From: Patescibacteria group bacterium
Lineage (GTDB): Bacteria; Patescibacteriota; Patescibacteriia; Buchananbacterales; UBA6539
DNA: 64,000 nucleotides
Assembly (NCBI GenBank): GCA_041662625.1
Contig: JBAZSB010000001.1
Span: forward strand, 310,467 to 374,466
Direction of reading: 5' to 3'
Shown here: positions 29,639 through 40,521 of the stretch, piece by piece
Layout of the letters: each line of letters begins with the position of its first letter
Position numbering within the stretch: the first letter of the stretch is position 1
Notes under the pieces: generated by a model
Seen by the model: the letters and a program-made list of their open reading frames with translations, nothing else
What the model was told of the DNA's origin: nothing
The model's database searches: none
Made by a program: the position numbers and the translations under genes

Positions 29639-30796
29639 TTATTTACTAGTCTTAGAAATATTAATTAAAATGCCTGAGGCGGCCAAAGAAACCGCTAAAG
29701 CCGTACCACCATAACTGACAAATGGTAAAGGAATACCAGTTAACGGCAATAAACCAACCATGGCACCGATATTCAGAAAAGCTTGAAAAGTAAACCAGGA
29801 AATTATCCCAACCACAATAAACCGGCCATAATCATCTTCAATCCCTTGAGCTAGCTTAAAACCACGCCAAGCCAAAAGTAAAAATAAAATAATCAAAGCC
29901 GTAGCAAAAATAAAACCAAGTTCTTCGGCAATAATAGCAAAAATTGAATCCCCCATCACTTCCGGTAAATAAGCAAATTTTTGGCGGGACTGGCCAAAAC
30001 CAAAACCAAACCAGCCACCCGAACCAATGGCTAGTAGTGCTTGATTAATATGATAGCCCACTCCCTGGGGATCCAATTCCGGATGCAAAAAAGTCATTAA
30101 GCGCGCTACTTTTGTCGGCATCTGAGTCATTAAAATACCAAAAGCACCTAAACCAAGAGTCATCAAACCCAAAATATGGGTGAAGCGCGCCCCGGCTACA
30201 AAGTAAACTGCAAAAGCGATAGTAATAATCACTAGTAACGTGCCTAAGTCAGGCTCTAAAACTATCAACAGGGAAACTAGACCAAGCAGAACTGAAAAAG
30301 GTACCAGTCCGTTCCAGAAATCAGCATTTTTTTCCCTCCCGCGATAAGAAAACCAACCCGCTAAAGATAAAATTAAAAGCAGCTTAAAAATTTCTGTCGG
30401 TTGGATCGACAAACCGGCAAAATTAAGCCAGCTTTTAGCTTTGCCGTAGCTGGCACCAAGGCCAGGGATAAAAACCGAAATTAATAAAATGATAGAAAGA
30501 ACAAAAAAACCTACCGTATATTTTTCCCAGCGCTGATAATCAATTTTCGACAAAATAAAAAATAAAATCAGGCCCGGCACAATCCCCCGCGAAACCTGAT
30601 GCCAAAAAAAATAATAAGTATAGCCCTTTTGTTGAAAAGACACAACGCTTGATGCCGAAGAAAGCATAATTAAACCAAAGGCAGCGATGATAAAAATCAG
30701 GGTTAACAAAAAAATGTCACTGCGACCCGTGATTTGTTTTTTCGGTTTAATAAACTTTGCTAAATAGCTTTTTTTTCTAAAATTAAACTTTCTCAT
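29639..30796 (-). CDS. ftsW: cell division SEDS protein FtsW
   Basis: GLIMLSSAS, AKSW, IQPTE..K, EPDLGT, YLPEVMGDSIFAIIAEELG, PLTGIPLPFVSYGG. Confidence 0.94.
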   Translation of the reverse strand: MRKFNFRKKSYLAKFIKPKKQITGRSDIFLLTLIFIIAAFGLIMLSSASSVVSFQQKGYTYYFFWHQVSRGIVPGLILFFILSKIDYQRWEKYTVGFFVLSIILLISVFIPGLGASYGKAKSWLNFAGLSIQPTEIFKLLLILSLAGWFSYRGREKNADFWNGLVPFSVLLGLVSLLIVLEPDLGTLLVIITIAFAVYFVAGARFTHILGLMTLGLGAFGILMTQMPTKVARLMTFLHPELDPQGVGYHINQALLAIGSGGWFGFGFGQSRQKFAYLPEVMGDSIFAIIAEELGFIFATALIILFLLLAWRGFKLAQGIEDDYGRFIVVGIISWFTFQAFLNIGAMVGLLPLTGIPLPFVSYGGTALAVSLAASGILINISKTSK

Positions 30797-32208
30797 AACT
30801 GAAAAACAATTGTTTTAAATTGATCGCCTCGATCAAACTCATTAATGAATAGGTTAAAAGATGCGGAGGCGGGTGAAAGTAAAATTGTATCCCCGCTTTT
30901 CCCAAAACTTTGAGCCAGACTCACGGCCTCAGTCATCTTGTTTAATTCGGCAATAAATGGCCGGAATTTCAACGACTTAAATTGTTTTTTTAACTGCTCG
31001 CTGCCCGGACCGGAAAACAAAATTACCGCTTTGCATTTTTGTTTGATAATTTTGGCTAATTCTTGATATTTGGCATCAGGAATATTTTTGGTGTCGCCGC
31101 CTGCCAACAAAATTACATTTCTTTTTTTGGCCAGTCTCAGAGCGGCAATTGTCGCGTCCGGTGTCGTTGCTGTTGTATCATTGATATATTTAATGCCTTT
31201 TTTTTCTTTAATTAATTCTAACCGACCGGGCAAACCCTTAAATTGTTTCAAAGCTGATTTAATAGCCAAGGGCGAAATATTAAAAGAAGCGGTAGCGGCC
31301 AAAGCGGCTAAAACATTTTCTAAGTTATGCCAACCAAAAAGCTTAATATCACTTACCTTGGCTAATCTTTTTTCCCCGCCGTTCCGCCGTAAGAAAATTT
31401 GACCACTTCTGACAAAGCAACCATTCTCCTCAGTAAAATATTTTTTTGAAAACCAAAATCGTTGTGAAACTACTACCTGACCCAATTTCTTGGTTTGGGG
31501 ATTATCTAAATTTAAAATGACAAAATCATTTTGATTTTGCCAGGTGAAAATATTTTTTTTGGCGGAAATATAAGAGGCCATCCCAAAGTAACGATTGAGG
31601 TGATCCGGATAAATATTAGTGAAAACAGCAATATGCGGGCTTAAGTTCTGCTCCCCTAAAATTTCTAATTGCCAGGAAGATAATTCCAAAACCACCAGAT
31701 CATTTGGTTTAACTTGATCTAAAATTTCCAGCATCGGTTGCTGAGGAAGACCGGCCAGCCAAACTGTTCCGTGTTTCATGTTCCGTGTTCCATGCCTTAA
31801 TATTTCATAAACTAAACTAGCCGTCGTTGACTTTCCCCGCGTTCCGGTCACGCCAATGATTTGGGCCGGACAATTTTTAAAAAATAGACTGGCCTCATTT
31901 TCAATTGGAATACCGGCTTTTCTGGCAAGCTTTAAGTATTTTGATTCCCGCCTCACGCCCGGGTTTTGAATAATTAAATCTGCATTTTTGAAATCACCTG
32001 CCCGGTGCTGCCCAAGTATTAACTTGATTTTTTGATTTTTTGTTTTCTTGATTCTCTTTAAAGATACGCTTAGCTCTTTGGCTGTCTTCAAATCCGTCAC
32101 CGTAACGCTGGCCCCATGCTTTGTTAGCCATTTAACACAAGCGACTCCACCGCCGTGGAGCCCTAGTCCCATTACTGTGACTTTTTTACCACTAAATAAA
32201 TTTCTCAT
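30793..32208 (-). CDS. murD: UDP-MurNAc-L-Ala--D-Glu ligase
   Basis: MGLGLHGGG, GVTGTRGKSTT, LELSSWQL, DHLNRY, LSPASASF...DRG. Confidence 0.95.
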   Translation of the reverse strand: MRNLFSGKKVTVMGLGLHGGGVACVKWLTKHGASVTVTDLKTAKELSVSLKRIKKTKNQKIKLILGQHRAGDFKNADLIIQNPGVRRESKYLKLARKAGIPIENEASLFFKNCPAQIIGVTGTRGKSTTASLVYEILRHGTRNMKHGTVWLAGLPQQPMLEILDQVKPNDLVVLELSSWQLEILGEQNLSPHIAVFTNIYPDHLNRYFGMASYISAKKNIFTWQNQNDFVILNLDNPQTKKLGQVVVSQRFWFSKKYFTEENGCFVRSGQIFLRRNGGEKRLAKVSDIKLFGWHNLENVLAALAATASFNISPLAIKSALKQFKGLPGRLELIKEKKGIKYINDTTATTPDATIAALRLAKKRNVILLAGGDTKNIPDAKYQELAKIIKQKCKAVILFSGPGSEQLKKQFKSLKFRPFIAELNKMTEAVSLAQSFGKSGDTILLSPASASFNLFINEFDRGDQFKTIVFQL

Positions 32209-32215
32209 TTTTGCT

Positions 32216-33256
32216 TTAAGTTTTATCCACTAAAAATAGAATTAAGCCAACTACCGCAGAAATTCCCGAAATTACCCAAAAACGCATGACGATTTTTGGC
32301 TCAGGCCAACCTTTGGCTTCAAGGTGATGATGCAGCGGCGAAGAAATAAAAAATTTATGGCCAAAAAACTTTTTAGAAATCATCTGGATAATAACGGAGA
32401 TAGTCTCAATGACAAAAATAAAACCGATAATTGGCAAAAGCAAAGCGGCATTAGTCAGCATCGCAATAATTCCTAAAGTGACTCCCAAAGACATTGAGCC
32501 GGTATCACCCATAAAAAACCTGGCCGGATTAATATTAAACCAGAGGAAAGCTGAAAGCGCGCCAATGATGACACCGCAAAAAGTGGCCAGATCATAACGG
32601 CCTTGGGCAAAAGAAATTGCCCCATAAGCGCCAAAGGCAATCAGTAAAGTTCCACCGGCCAAACCATCGAGGCCATCAGTCAAATTGACGGCATGAGCCG
32701 TAGCAATAATTACAAGAATAAAAAATGGAATATACCATAAGCCAATATCCAAGTAGCCAAAAAAAGGAACATAAAGAGTGGTCCATTCCAATTTAAAATA
32801 AAACCACCAGGCGCCAACAATAGCAATTAAACCATATATCAGGAAGCGGTGGCGCATCCGCAACCCGCCGCCGCCTTTGCCCATTCGCCAAACATCAAAC
32901 AAATCATCAATCAAACCAACGGCAGCTGAAGCAAGTAAAGCGCCAAGAGGCAGCAATGTTTCTTTACGTGATAAAAAATCTAATTTTGAAAACCACCCAT
33001 CAAAAAATTTACTTAAATAAAAAAATAAAAGGATTAGAAATAAAGTGGTGCCCCAAATCAAAATCCCACCCATTGTCGGCGTTCCGGCTTTCTTTTTATG
33101 CATGGCCGCAAAAACCGGGGCAGCTTGGGCATCACGAATTCCCTTGCCTAAACGATACTTATACAAAAAATGGGTTAAAAACGGCGTCCAAAGCAAAGTT
33201 AAAACAAAAGAAACCGTTGTTAAAAAGAAAATTTTGGTAATAAAAAAATTAGTCAT
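32216..33256 (-). CDS. mraY: phospho-MurNAc-pentapeptide transferase
   Basis: KAGTPTMGG, GLIDD, VNLTDGLDGLA, FMGDTGS, PLHHHLE. Confidence 0.97.
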   Translation of the reverse strand: MTNFFITKIFFLTTVSFVLTLLWTPFLTHFLYKYRLGKGIRDAQAAPVFAAMHKKKAGTPTMGGILIWGTTLFLILLFFYLSKFFDGWFSKLDFLSRKETLLPLGALLASAAVGLIDDLFDVWRMGKGGGGLRMRHRFLIYGLIAIVGAWWFYFKLEWTTLYVPFFGYLDIGLWYIPFFILVIIATAHAVNLTDGLDGLAGGTLLIAFGAYGAISFAQGRYDLATFCGVIIGALSAFLWFNINPARFFMGDTGSMSLGVTLGIIAMLTNAALLLPIIGFIFVIETISVIIQMISKKFFGHKFFISSPLHHHLEAKGWPEPKIVMRFWVISGISAVVGLILFLVDKT

Positions 33257-33262
33257 CTCAAT

Positions 33263-33631
33263 TTAATTAACTAAAGTTATGAAAACCCCGGCTAAAATAA
33301 AAATAAACTGGAGCAGACTAGCGGTACCAACCAAAAAATAACTGAGGATTCTTTCTCTTTGATAAAATATCAAACTGATTAGAAGATTAATTACGAGAAA
33401 TCCCAATCCAAACAGTGGCAGAAAAAATATCTGGTGCCAAGGGCCAAGCAGATCAATACCAAAATAAATATTATAATGAAGAAATATTAAATCAGAAAAA
33501 TTTCTGGCTTGCCAGACCAAAAAAAGCCATAAAATAATATTGGCAATCAAACTAAAAACCAGATTAATTTTAATAAACCGGTTACGGTAGTAAGAACCCA
33601 AAAAAGTTTGTTGGAAAGGTTGAGCGGCCAT
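33263..33631 (-). CDS. membrane protein (DUF1648-like)
   Basis: Three TM segments, FLHYNIYFGID motif; start uncertain. Confidence 0.65.
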   Translation of the reverse strand: MAAQPFQQTFLGSYYRNRFIKINLVFSLIANIILWLFLVWQARNFSDLIFLHYNIYFGIDLLGPWHQIFFLPLFGLGFLVINLLISLIFYQRERILSYFLVGTASLLQFIFILAGVFITLVN

Positions 33632-33761
33632 AAAAAATGATAAGATAAGGCTATTTCTATAATAATGATTATTTACGATTTTGTCCACCTGCCCTTTTTT
33701 AAAATTTCGATTTTATGGTATAATAAAACTAACTAAATCGCTAAGATAAAAACAAATTTTT

Positions 33762-35489
33762 ATGTTTACTGAGCAAGAAATTGAAAAAATTATTCTGGAA
33801 ACCAAAATTTTAGGCCAAAAAGAACTAAATTTATACCTTGAGGAGTCAAAAAAAAGGAACCAAAAGCTGGAAGAATACCTTATCAGCCAGAAAATTATCA
33901 ACGAGGAACAACTCTACCAGACTGCCGCCCAATATTTTAATCTCCCCTTTATTAACCTCAAAAACGAAACTATCCGCAAGGATATTCTTTTTTTAATCCC
34001 CGAACCAATAGCGACCACTCATCGGATTCTCGCTTTCGACAAAACCGATACGGAATTAAAACTTGCCGCCCTGAATCCAGCCGATTTACAAATCTTTGAA
34101 TTTTTAGGTAAAAAAACCGGCCTCGAAGTAAAAATCTATCTAACCACACCGGAAGGCATTAATGAGGGAATAAAAAATTATCACAAAGGATTAAAAGCAG
34201 AATTTCAAGAACTTACCAATGGCAAGGAAAATATTGAAATTTCCGGCGATACTAAATTAAAAGAATTAGCCCATGATTTGCCGGTAATCAGAATAGTCGA
34301 TACTTTACTGGAATATGCAATCTTTGAAAGTGCGTCGGATATTCATATTGAACCAACGGAGAAAGAGGTGGTTGTTCGCTACCGAATTGATGGGATCTTA
34401 CGGAATGTCATGACTCTGCCTAAATCGATTCATGCCGGTATTATTGCCCGAATCAAAATTTTGGCAAATTTAAAATTAGATGAACATCGCTTACCCCAGG
34501 ATGGCCGTTTCAAAATTGTCACCAATGAATATAAAGTATCATTTCGTGTTTCCATTATTCCGGCCTATGACGGAGAAAAAATAGTCTTGCGGGCTTTAAA
34601 TGAACAAACCAGTGTAATCACTCTGGAGCAGCTCGGCTTTCAGAAAAAATCATTGGATAGAATTAAAAGAAATATCGCTAAACCCCACGGCCTAATTCTG
34701 GTAACCGGACCGACTGGTTCGGGAAAAACCACAACTCTTTATGCCGTCTTAAACATCCTAAACCGACCGGAAGTGAATATTACCACCATTGAGGACCCAA
34801 TTGAATATCGAATGCCCGGCATCAATCAAACTCAGGTTAACCCAAAAATCGGTTATACTTTTGCCGGCGGCTTACGGGCATTTCTAAGGCAAGATCCTAA
34901 TATTATTATGGTCGGCGAAATCCGGGATCAGGAAACTGCGGAAATCGCCATTCATGCGGCTTTAACCGGCCATCTAGTACTTTCCACTCTTCATACTAAT
35001 GACGCCCCAACAACCTTGCCTCGCTTAAGCGAAATGGGAGTACCGGCCTTTTTGGTTGCCTCCACCTGTAATGTCATTATTGCCCAAAGGCTGGTAAGAA
35101 AAATCTGCCAAGACTGCATTGAAAGCTACAATTTAACTAAAGAAGAAATCGCAAAATTAGAAAAGCAAATTAATCTAGAATCAATTCTCAGCACCTTGGA
35201 AAAAGAAAATCTAATAACCAAAAAACAAAGTAAGGAATCTCTGCTTTTCTACCGCGGCAAAGGCTGCAAGAAATGCAATAAAACCGGCTATAAAGGCCGA
35301 ATTGGCCTTTATGAAGTGTTGGAAATCACCCCAGAGATTAATGAATTGATTCTTAAGGGCTCACCGGCCAAAGAAATTCTGGAAACTGCCAAAAAACAAG
35401 AAATGCTAACCATTCTGGAAGATGGCTTCATTAAAGCTAAAACCGGAATTACTACGATTGAAGAAGTGCTCAGGGTAACAAAAGATTAA
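33762..35489 (+). CDS. pilB: type IV pilus assembly ATPase (PilB/GspE family)
   Basis: ASDIHIEP, RLPQDGR, TGPTGSGKTTT, EDPIE, LRQDP..MVGEIRD, STLHTN, CxxC pairs. Confidence 0.93.
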   Translation: MFTEQEIEKIILETKILGQKELNLYLEESKKRNQKLEEYLISQKIINEEQLYQTAAQYFNLPFINLKNETIRKDILFLIPEPIATTHRILAFDKTDTELKLAALNPADLQIFEFLGKKTGLEVKIYLTTPEGINEGIKNYHKGLKAEFQELTNGKENIEISGDTKLKELAHDLPVIRIVDTLLEYAIFESASDIHIEPTEKEVVVRYRIDGILRNVMTLPKSIHAGIIARIKILANLKLDEHRLPQDGRFKIVTNEYKVSFRVSIIPAYDGEKIVLRALNEQTSVITLEQLGFQKKSLDRIKRNIAKPHGLILVTGPTGSGKTTTLYAVLNILNRPEVNITTIEDPIEYRMPGINQTQVNPKIGYTFAGGLRAFLRQDPNIIMVGEIRDQETAEIAIHAALTGHLVLSTLHTNDAPTTLPRLSEMGVPAFLVASTCNVIIAQRLVRKICQDCIESYNLTKEEIAKLEKQINLESILSTLEKENLITKKQSKESLLFYRGKGCKKCNKTGYKGRIGLYEVLEITPEINELILKGSPAKEILETAKKQEMLTILEDGFIKAKTGITTIEEVLRVTKD

Positions 35490-35530
35490 CCGATAATTAG
35501 TTGATTTAAAAAATAAAAATATTAATCGCG

Positions 35531-36619
35531 ATGAACCTAAAAGAAAAATTGGCTCAAATAGTAGGCTGGCTGCGAAAGCCAAGAAAAGTTTCCCTTTCCC
35601 AAAAAATATTCTTTGTCCAACAGCTGGGGGTAATGCTTAAAGCCGGAATTTCTTTGTCGACTGCTTTAAAAACTCTGGCCCAGCAGACAACTTCCAAAAG
35701 TTTCAAAACAATTTTAGTTGACCTTCAACAAGACGTAGAAAAAGGCAATTTACTTTCTAAAGGTCTGGAGAGATACTCAAAAATATTTGGCGAATTATTC
35801 ATCAATATGATTAAAGCTGGTGAAGTTTCCGGCAAGCTCGAGGATGTTTTAAAACAACTTTTTGTCCAGCTGAAAAAGGATCACGACATCATCTCAAAGG
35901 TCAAGGGGGCGATGATTTATCCGATGATTGTGATTCTAATGATGATTGCTATTGGAATTTTGGTTCTAATCTATGTCATTCCAACTATGTCGGGCATCTT
36001 TACTGAAATGAATATTGAATTACCGCTAGCGACCAGAATCTTGATCTACTCTAGCCAATTCGCTCTGAACTACGGAATTTTTGTTTCAATCGGTTTAGCA
36101 ATTTTGGCAGTCATAATTGGCCGAGTAATTAGCCTGCCACAAGGAAAGAGACAATTCCACCAGCTGCTTTTAAAAACTCCGATTTTGGGCCGGATAATCA
36201 GAAAGATTAATTTGGCCCGTTTTTGTCGAGCTTTAAGCTCACTGCTTAAAACTGACATCCCAATCGTCCAATCATTTGAAATCACTGCCAAAATTCTCGG
36301 CAATGTCAAATATAAAGATGCGCTAACTGAAGCTAAAGAAAAAATTAAAAAAGGCGTCAGTATTGAAGAGTCATTAAGACCGCACATTAAACTATTTCCG
36401 CCAGTTGTCTTGCAGATGATTATGGTTGGTGAAGAAACCGGAGCCTTGGATAATATTTTGGAAGAATCAGCTGTTTTCTATGAAGAAGACGTTGCCCAAA
36501 CTATGGAAAATTTACCTTCAATTTTAGAACCAGTCTTAATGATTATCCTCGGCATTGCAGTGGCGGGAATGGCCGTCGCTGTTATTATGCCGATGTACTC
36601 TTTGAGCCAACAAATCTAA
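35531..36619 (+). CDS. pilC: type IV pilus platform protein (PilC/GspF family)
   Basis: GEVSGKL, GAMIYP, GEETGALD, ILEPVLM. Confidence 0.92.
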   Translation: MNLKEKLAQIVGWLRKPRKVSLSQKIFFVQQLGVMLKAGISLSTALKTLAQQTTSKSFKTILVDLQQDVEKGNLLSKGLERYSKIFGELFINMIKAGEVSGKLEDVLKQLFVQLKKDHDIISKVKGAMIYPMIVILMMIAIGILVLIYVIPTMSGIFTEMNIELPLATRILIYSSQFALNYGIFVSIGLAILAVIIGRVISLPQGKRQFHQLLLKTPILGRIIRKINLARFCRALSSLLKTDIPIVQSFEITAKILGNVKYKDALTEAKEKIKKGVSIEESLRPHIKLFPPVVLQMIMVGEETGALDNILEESAVFYEEDVAQTMENLPSILEPVLMIILGIAVAGMAVAVIMPMYSLSQQI

Positions 36620-36627
36620 CCAGAAAA

Positions 36628-39600
36628 ATGGCTAAAATTTTAAAAAATCCTAAAGGATTCTCACTAATTGAGGTTGTTTTTGCCACTCTAATTCTAGCCA
36701 CGGCCGGAGTGGGAGTTTTAAGTATGTTTGGATTTGGTCTGAAAGTAATCGCCGAGATCAAGTCTAAGACCGGAGCTATAACTGTTGCTAATGAAATTAT
36801 AGAAATGATCCATAATCTTCCTTACAATCAGGTCGGCACTGTCGGCGGCCTTATTTCCGGACCGGTACCACAAGAAGATACGATCAACTTAAACGGAGTT
36901 GAATATGCAGTCAGCACTAGCGTCGATTATATTGATGACCCTTTTGACGGCACGGTAGCATTAGGCACTGACGAATTAGGCAATGATTATAAAAAAATCC
37001 GAGTGGCCGTAGCCTGGACCAGCCATTTTGGTCAAAAAGAAATAGTTTCAGTCACAACGATTGCTCCCCAAGGAATAGAATCAAATGAAGGATCGGGTAT
37101 TTTGTGGATTAATGTCATTAATGCCAATGGCGACCCCGTGTCTGATGCCTCTATCCATATTGTCAATCACAGTACCAATCCAGAAATTGATGATTCTTCA
37201 CATAAAACTAATGATGAAGGCTACTATTATTCTAGTGCTCCATCAGCCAATAGCTCTTATCAGATTACCGTTACTAAAGACGGCTACAGCAGCGATTATA
37301 CGTGCGCCATTGATCCAATTGGTGCTGGCTGCAGTGCCGCCGAAGGTAATCCTAATCCAGTCAAACCGCATGCAACGGTAATTGAAGGTCGTCTGACTTC
37401 AATTACTTTTGCCATTGACCAAGTGGCAACTTTAAATATTCATACTATTTCTCAAACTATTCCTAATGAATGGCAGGTTAATACTGATTCCAGTTCTGAA
37501 GACCAGTTCTCCCCTGCTCTGGCTTTAGGAACAAATGGCAATTATTATTTCGTTTGGCAGGACTTTCGTAGTTACGCCGCAAGAATTTACAGTCAGAGTT
37601 ATGACCAACAAGTTAACCAATGGACTTCTGATTTACCAGTAACAACTTCTAATAATCAAGGCGCTCCTCAACTGGCTTTGGATGGTGACAATAATATTTA
37701 TTTCACCTGGCATGATGATAGAACCGGTAATCAAGATATTTACCTGGATAAATATGATTCTTTGGGTAATGACCTTTGGACTGGAGCCAAAAAAATTAAT
37801 ACCGATTCTGGTTCAGCCGACCAGCAATATCCAAAAATAATTTATAACGCCTCAAGCACTGCACCGGCTTTTTATATCGCCTGGAAAGACGAGCGGGCGG
37901 GTGGAGGAAAATCAGATATTTATTTACAGAAATTTGACACTAGTGGTAATGCCTTATGGTCGGCGGAATTGAAAGTCAATTTAAACTCATCTTCAGCTTA
38001 CCAAGCTAGTGATTCTGCCAGCTGGACTTTTGATAATTTGCTAGATTATGTCTGCAACAGCGGTAGCTGCGATGGCAGTAATGATATTGAAGTAAGCGGC
38101 GGCTTTTCCCAGCTAGTCCCCTTAAAAACCTGCCAAGGAACTCCCGATAACTGCGATACTCTTTTAACTGAAGCCAGTTGTGGCAACCAAAGCGGCTGCA
38201 GTTGGGACCAGGCCGGCCCCTGCAGTGGCCTAAGTTGCAGCTGTAATTTACTGACTGAAGAAGCTGATTGTGATTTGGCATCAAGCTGCTTGTGGCAGGC
38301 TGGCGCTGAAAGCTGCTCGGGTAGTTGCCACTGTTGGTCAATCGGTAATCGCGGTCGGTGTAATTCCGTACCTCAATGCAGCTGGTGGTTTTTCTTTTGC
38401 AACGGCGGCAGCAGTTGTAGCTGCCAGGATATTACTAATCAGACCACTTGTCTAGATGCCGACTGCTCATGGGGTTCTTCTGGCGGCAGTTGTTCTGGAA
38501 GCTGCAGCTGCTCAGATTTAACCACTGAATCAATTTGTACCCAATCAAGCTGTGATTGGGATCCGGCCGGACCCTGTTCAGGCACGGCTGTGGCTTGCGG
38601 CAGTTTTACTGATTTAGAAACTTGTCAGGATCAAACCGGCTGTTCTTGGGAAGACTCGGGATCTGGTTATCCTACTGATAAGCCGGATATTTATATTGCT
38701 GAATCGTTGTCTGTAGCCAATCTGACTGCCTGGGATTCTTTCACAGAAACGGCAGTAAAAAACGGCGGCGAGATCTATTACCAGCTTTCTGATAACAATG
38801 GCGGAAACTGGAAATATTTTGACGGCAGCGGCTGGTCAACAGCCGGAGCCTCTGATTATAATACCGCCGGAGAAATTAATGATCATATCGCTTTATTTCC
38901 TATTGCCAAAGGAAAAATAATGTTCAAAGCCTTTTTTGTCAGTAACGGGAGCCAGCAAATTCAATTAGACCAAATCGACATCGGTTATTCTTATACCACT
39001 GATGGCGGCGGCTACTCTCAATCGGTTGATTTAGCAATGGATCAAGATGAAAACGTTTATGTTGCCTGGGAAGACTACCAGATTGATAATTATGATATTT
39101 TCATCCAAAAAGTTGATTACCTTGGTAGTGTTGTCTGGACTAATGATATTAGGGCAAATACTGCCGGCAGTGGTAATCAAACCAATCCCAATCTCAACGT
39201 TGACAGCAATAATGATGTTTATATTGTCTGGCAGGATGATCGCAACGGCAACAACGACATCTACGGCCAAAAATACGATTCGGCGGGTAATAATCTATGG
39301 CCAACTGGCGATTTGGTAATGAGCGTGGTGACAACCAGCAATCAAGAAAATCCTAAGGCAGTTATTGATGCGAGTAATAATCTTTATATTGTGTGGCAAG
39401 ACTATCGTAACGGCAATAATGATATTTATAGTCAAAAGATTGACTCAATGGGTAATATCATCTGGCCCAATGATGTTCGGATTAATTCTGACACCACTGG
39501 TGAACAAAAAAATCCTGATGTCATCATTAACCAATCAGGCAATCTGGTAATAACTTGGCAGGACAATAAAGATGGCAATTACGATATTATGGCGGCCGAA

Positions 39601-39882
39601 TACCCAAATGACCCCAGTGCTTACACTTCTACCCCTAACGTTCCCTTAATAATCGTGGGCAGTAAAAAAATAGGGACAAGTCCCGATCTCTATAAATATA
39701 ATGAAAATCACACTACGGATGCCTCAGGTCAGCTAATCCTAAATAATATTGAATGGGATACCGAGGGTTATAATATCAGCCTTCAGGCCGGGTCTGTTTA
39801 TACTATCATCAGTACGGAACCACCAATGCCGATTTCTGTTTCTCCAGGAGCTACTATCGATATTACTATAAATTTAGAATAA
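36628..39882 (+). CDS. giant pilin-like adhesin with propeller-like repeats and Cys-rich insert
   Basis: Prepilin motif KG/FSLIEV; repeated WQDxRxGNxDIYxQK units; 28-Cys segment at 38131-38649. Confidence 0.8.
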   Translation: MAKILKNPKGFSLIEVVFATLILATAGVGVLSMFGFGLKVIAEIKSKTGAITVANEIIEMIHNLPYNQVGTVGGLISGPVPQEDTINLNGVEYAVSTSVDYIDDPFDGTVALGTDELGNDYKKIRVAVAWTSHFGQKEIVSVTTIAPQGIESNEGSGILWINVINANGDPVSDASIHIVNHSTNPEIDDSSHKTNDEGYYYSSAPSANSSYQITVTKDGYSSDYTCAIDPIGAGCSAAEGNPNPVKPHATVIEGRLTSITFAIDQVATLNIHTISQTIPNEWQVNTDSSSEDQFSPALALGTNGNYYFVWQDFRSYAARIYSQSYDQQVNQWTSDLPVTTSNNQGAPQLALDGDNNIYFTWHDDRTGNQDIYLDKYDSLGNDLWTGAKKINTDSGSADQQYPKIIYNASSTAPAFYIAWKDERAGGGKSDIYLQKFDTSGNALWSAELKVNLNSSSAYQASDSASWTFDNLLDYVCNSGSCDGSNDIEVSGGFSQLVPLKTCQGTPDNCDTLLTEASCGNQSGCSWDQAGPCSGLSCSCNLLTEEADCDLASSCLWQAGAESCSGSCHCWSIGNRGRCNSVPQCSWWFFFCNGGSSCSCQDITNQTTCLDADCSWGSSGGSCSGSCSCSDLTTESICTQSSCDWDPAGPCSGTAVACGSFTDLETCQDQTGCSWEDSGSGYPTDKPDIYIAESLSVANLTAWDSFTETAVKNGGEIYYQLSDNNGGNWKYFDGSGWSTAGASDYNTAGEINDHIALFPIAKGKIMFKAFFVSNGSQQIQLDQIDIGYSYTTDGGGYSQSVDLAMDQDENVYVAWEDYQIDNYDIFIQKVDYLGSVVWTNDIRANTAGSGNQTNPNLNVDSNNDVYIVWQDDRNGNNDIYGQKYDSAGNNLWPTGDLVMSVVTTSNQENPKAVIDASNNLYIVWQDYRNGNNDIYSQKIDSMGNIIWPNDVRINSDTTGEQKNPDVIINQSGNLVITWQDNKDGNYDIMAAEYPNDPSAYTSTPNVPLIIVGSKKIGTSPDLYKYNENHTTDASGQLILNNIEWDTEGYNISLQAGSVYTIISTEPPMPISVSPGATIDITINLE

Positions 39883-39897
39883 GGGCAGAATAAAAAA

Positions 39898-40521
39898 ATG
39901 TTTCGAGCCAAAGAAAAAAACCAAAGCCACGGCTTCACTTTAATAGAAGCGATGGTAACAATCGGAATATTTCTAGTCAGCTTAAGCGCTGTAACCCTTT
40001 TTGTCACCCAGGGTTTCAAAGTTAACCGGTTTGCGATTCAACAGAGTGACGCCATTAACTATGCTCGTAAAGGAATTGACATTATGATCAAAGAAATTAG
40101 AGAAGCCTCACCCGCAGAAAATGGCAGCTATCCGATTGTTACCGCCCAAAATCAGACCCTTACTTTTTATAGCGATATTGACCAAGACGAATTAGTAGAA
40201 AGAGTAAGATATTTCTTGGACGGGGTTAATTTAAAAAAAGCCGTTTCAAAACCTAGTGGGTTTCCTCCGGTCTATTCCATTGAAGAACAGATAAGCACTC
40301 TATCGGAATACGTCCGAAACGATACTGACCCAATTTTTTATTATTATAATAAGGATTTTCCAACTGACACTGAAAATAATCCGTTGCCTCAGCCCATAGC
40401 GATAAACGAGGTAAGATTGATCAGAATTTTTTTAAAAATAAATGTTGACCCTGCCTATGCCCCGGCCGATTTTGTTTTAATTTCCAACAGCCAGCTAAGA
40501 AATCTTAAAGATAATCTATAG
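39898..40521 (+). CDS. minor pilin (PilW/GspJ-like)
   Basis: HG/FTLIEAM prepilin motif, KEIREA, C-terminal QLRN. Confidence 0.85.
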   Translation: MFRAKEKNQSHGFTLIEAMVTIGIFLVSLSAVTLFVTQGFKVNRFAIQQSDAINYARKGIDIMIKEIREASPAENGSYPIVTAQNQTLTFYSDIDQDELVERVRYFLDGVNLKKAVSKPSGFPPVYSIEEQISTLSEYVRNDTDPIFYYYNKDFPTDTENNPLPQPIAINEVRLIRIFLKINVDPAYAPADFVLISNSQLRNLKDNL

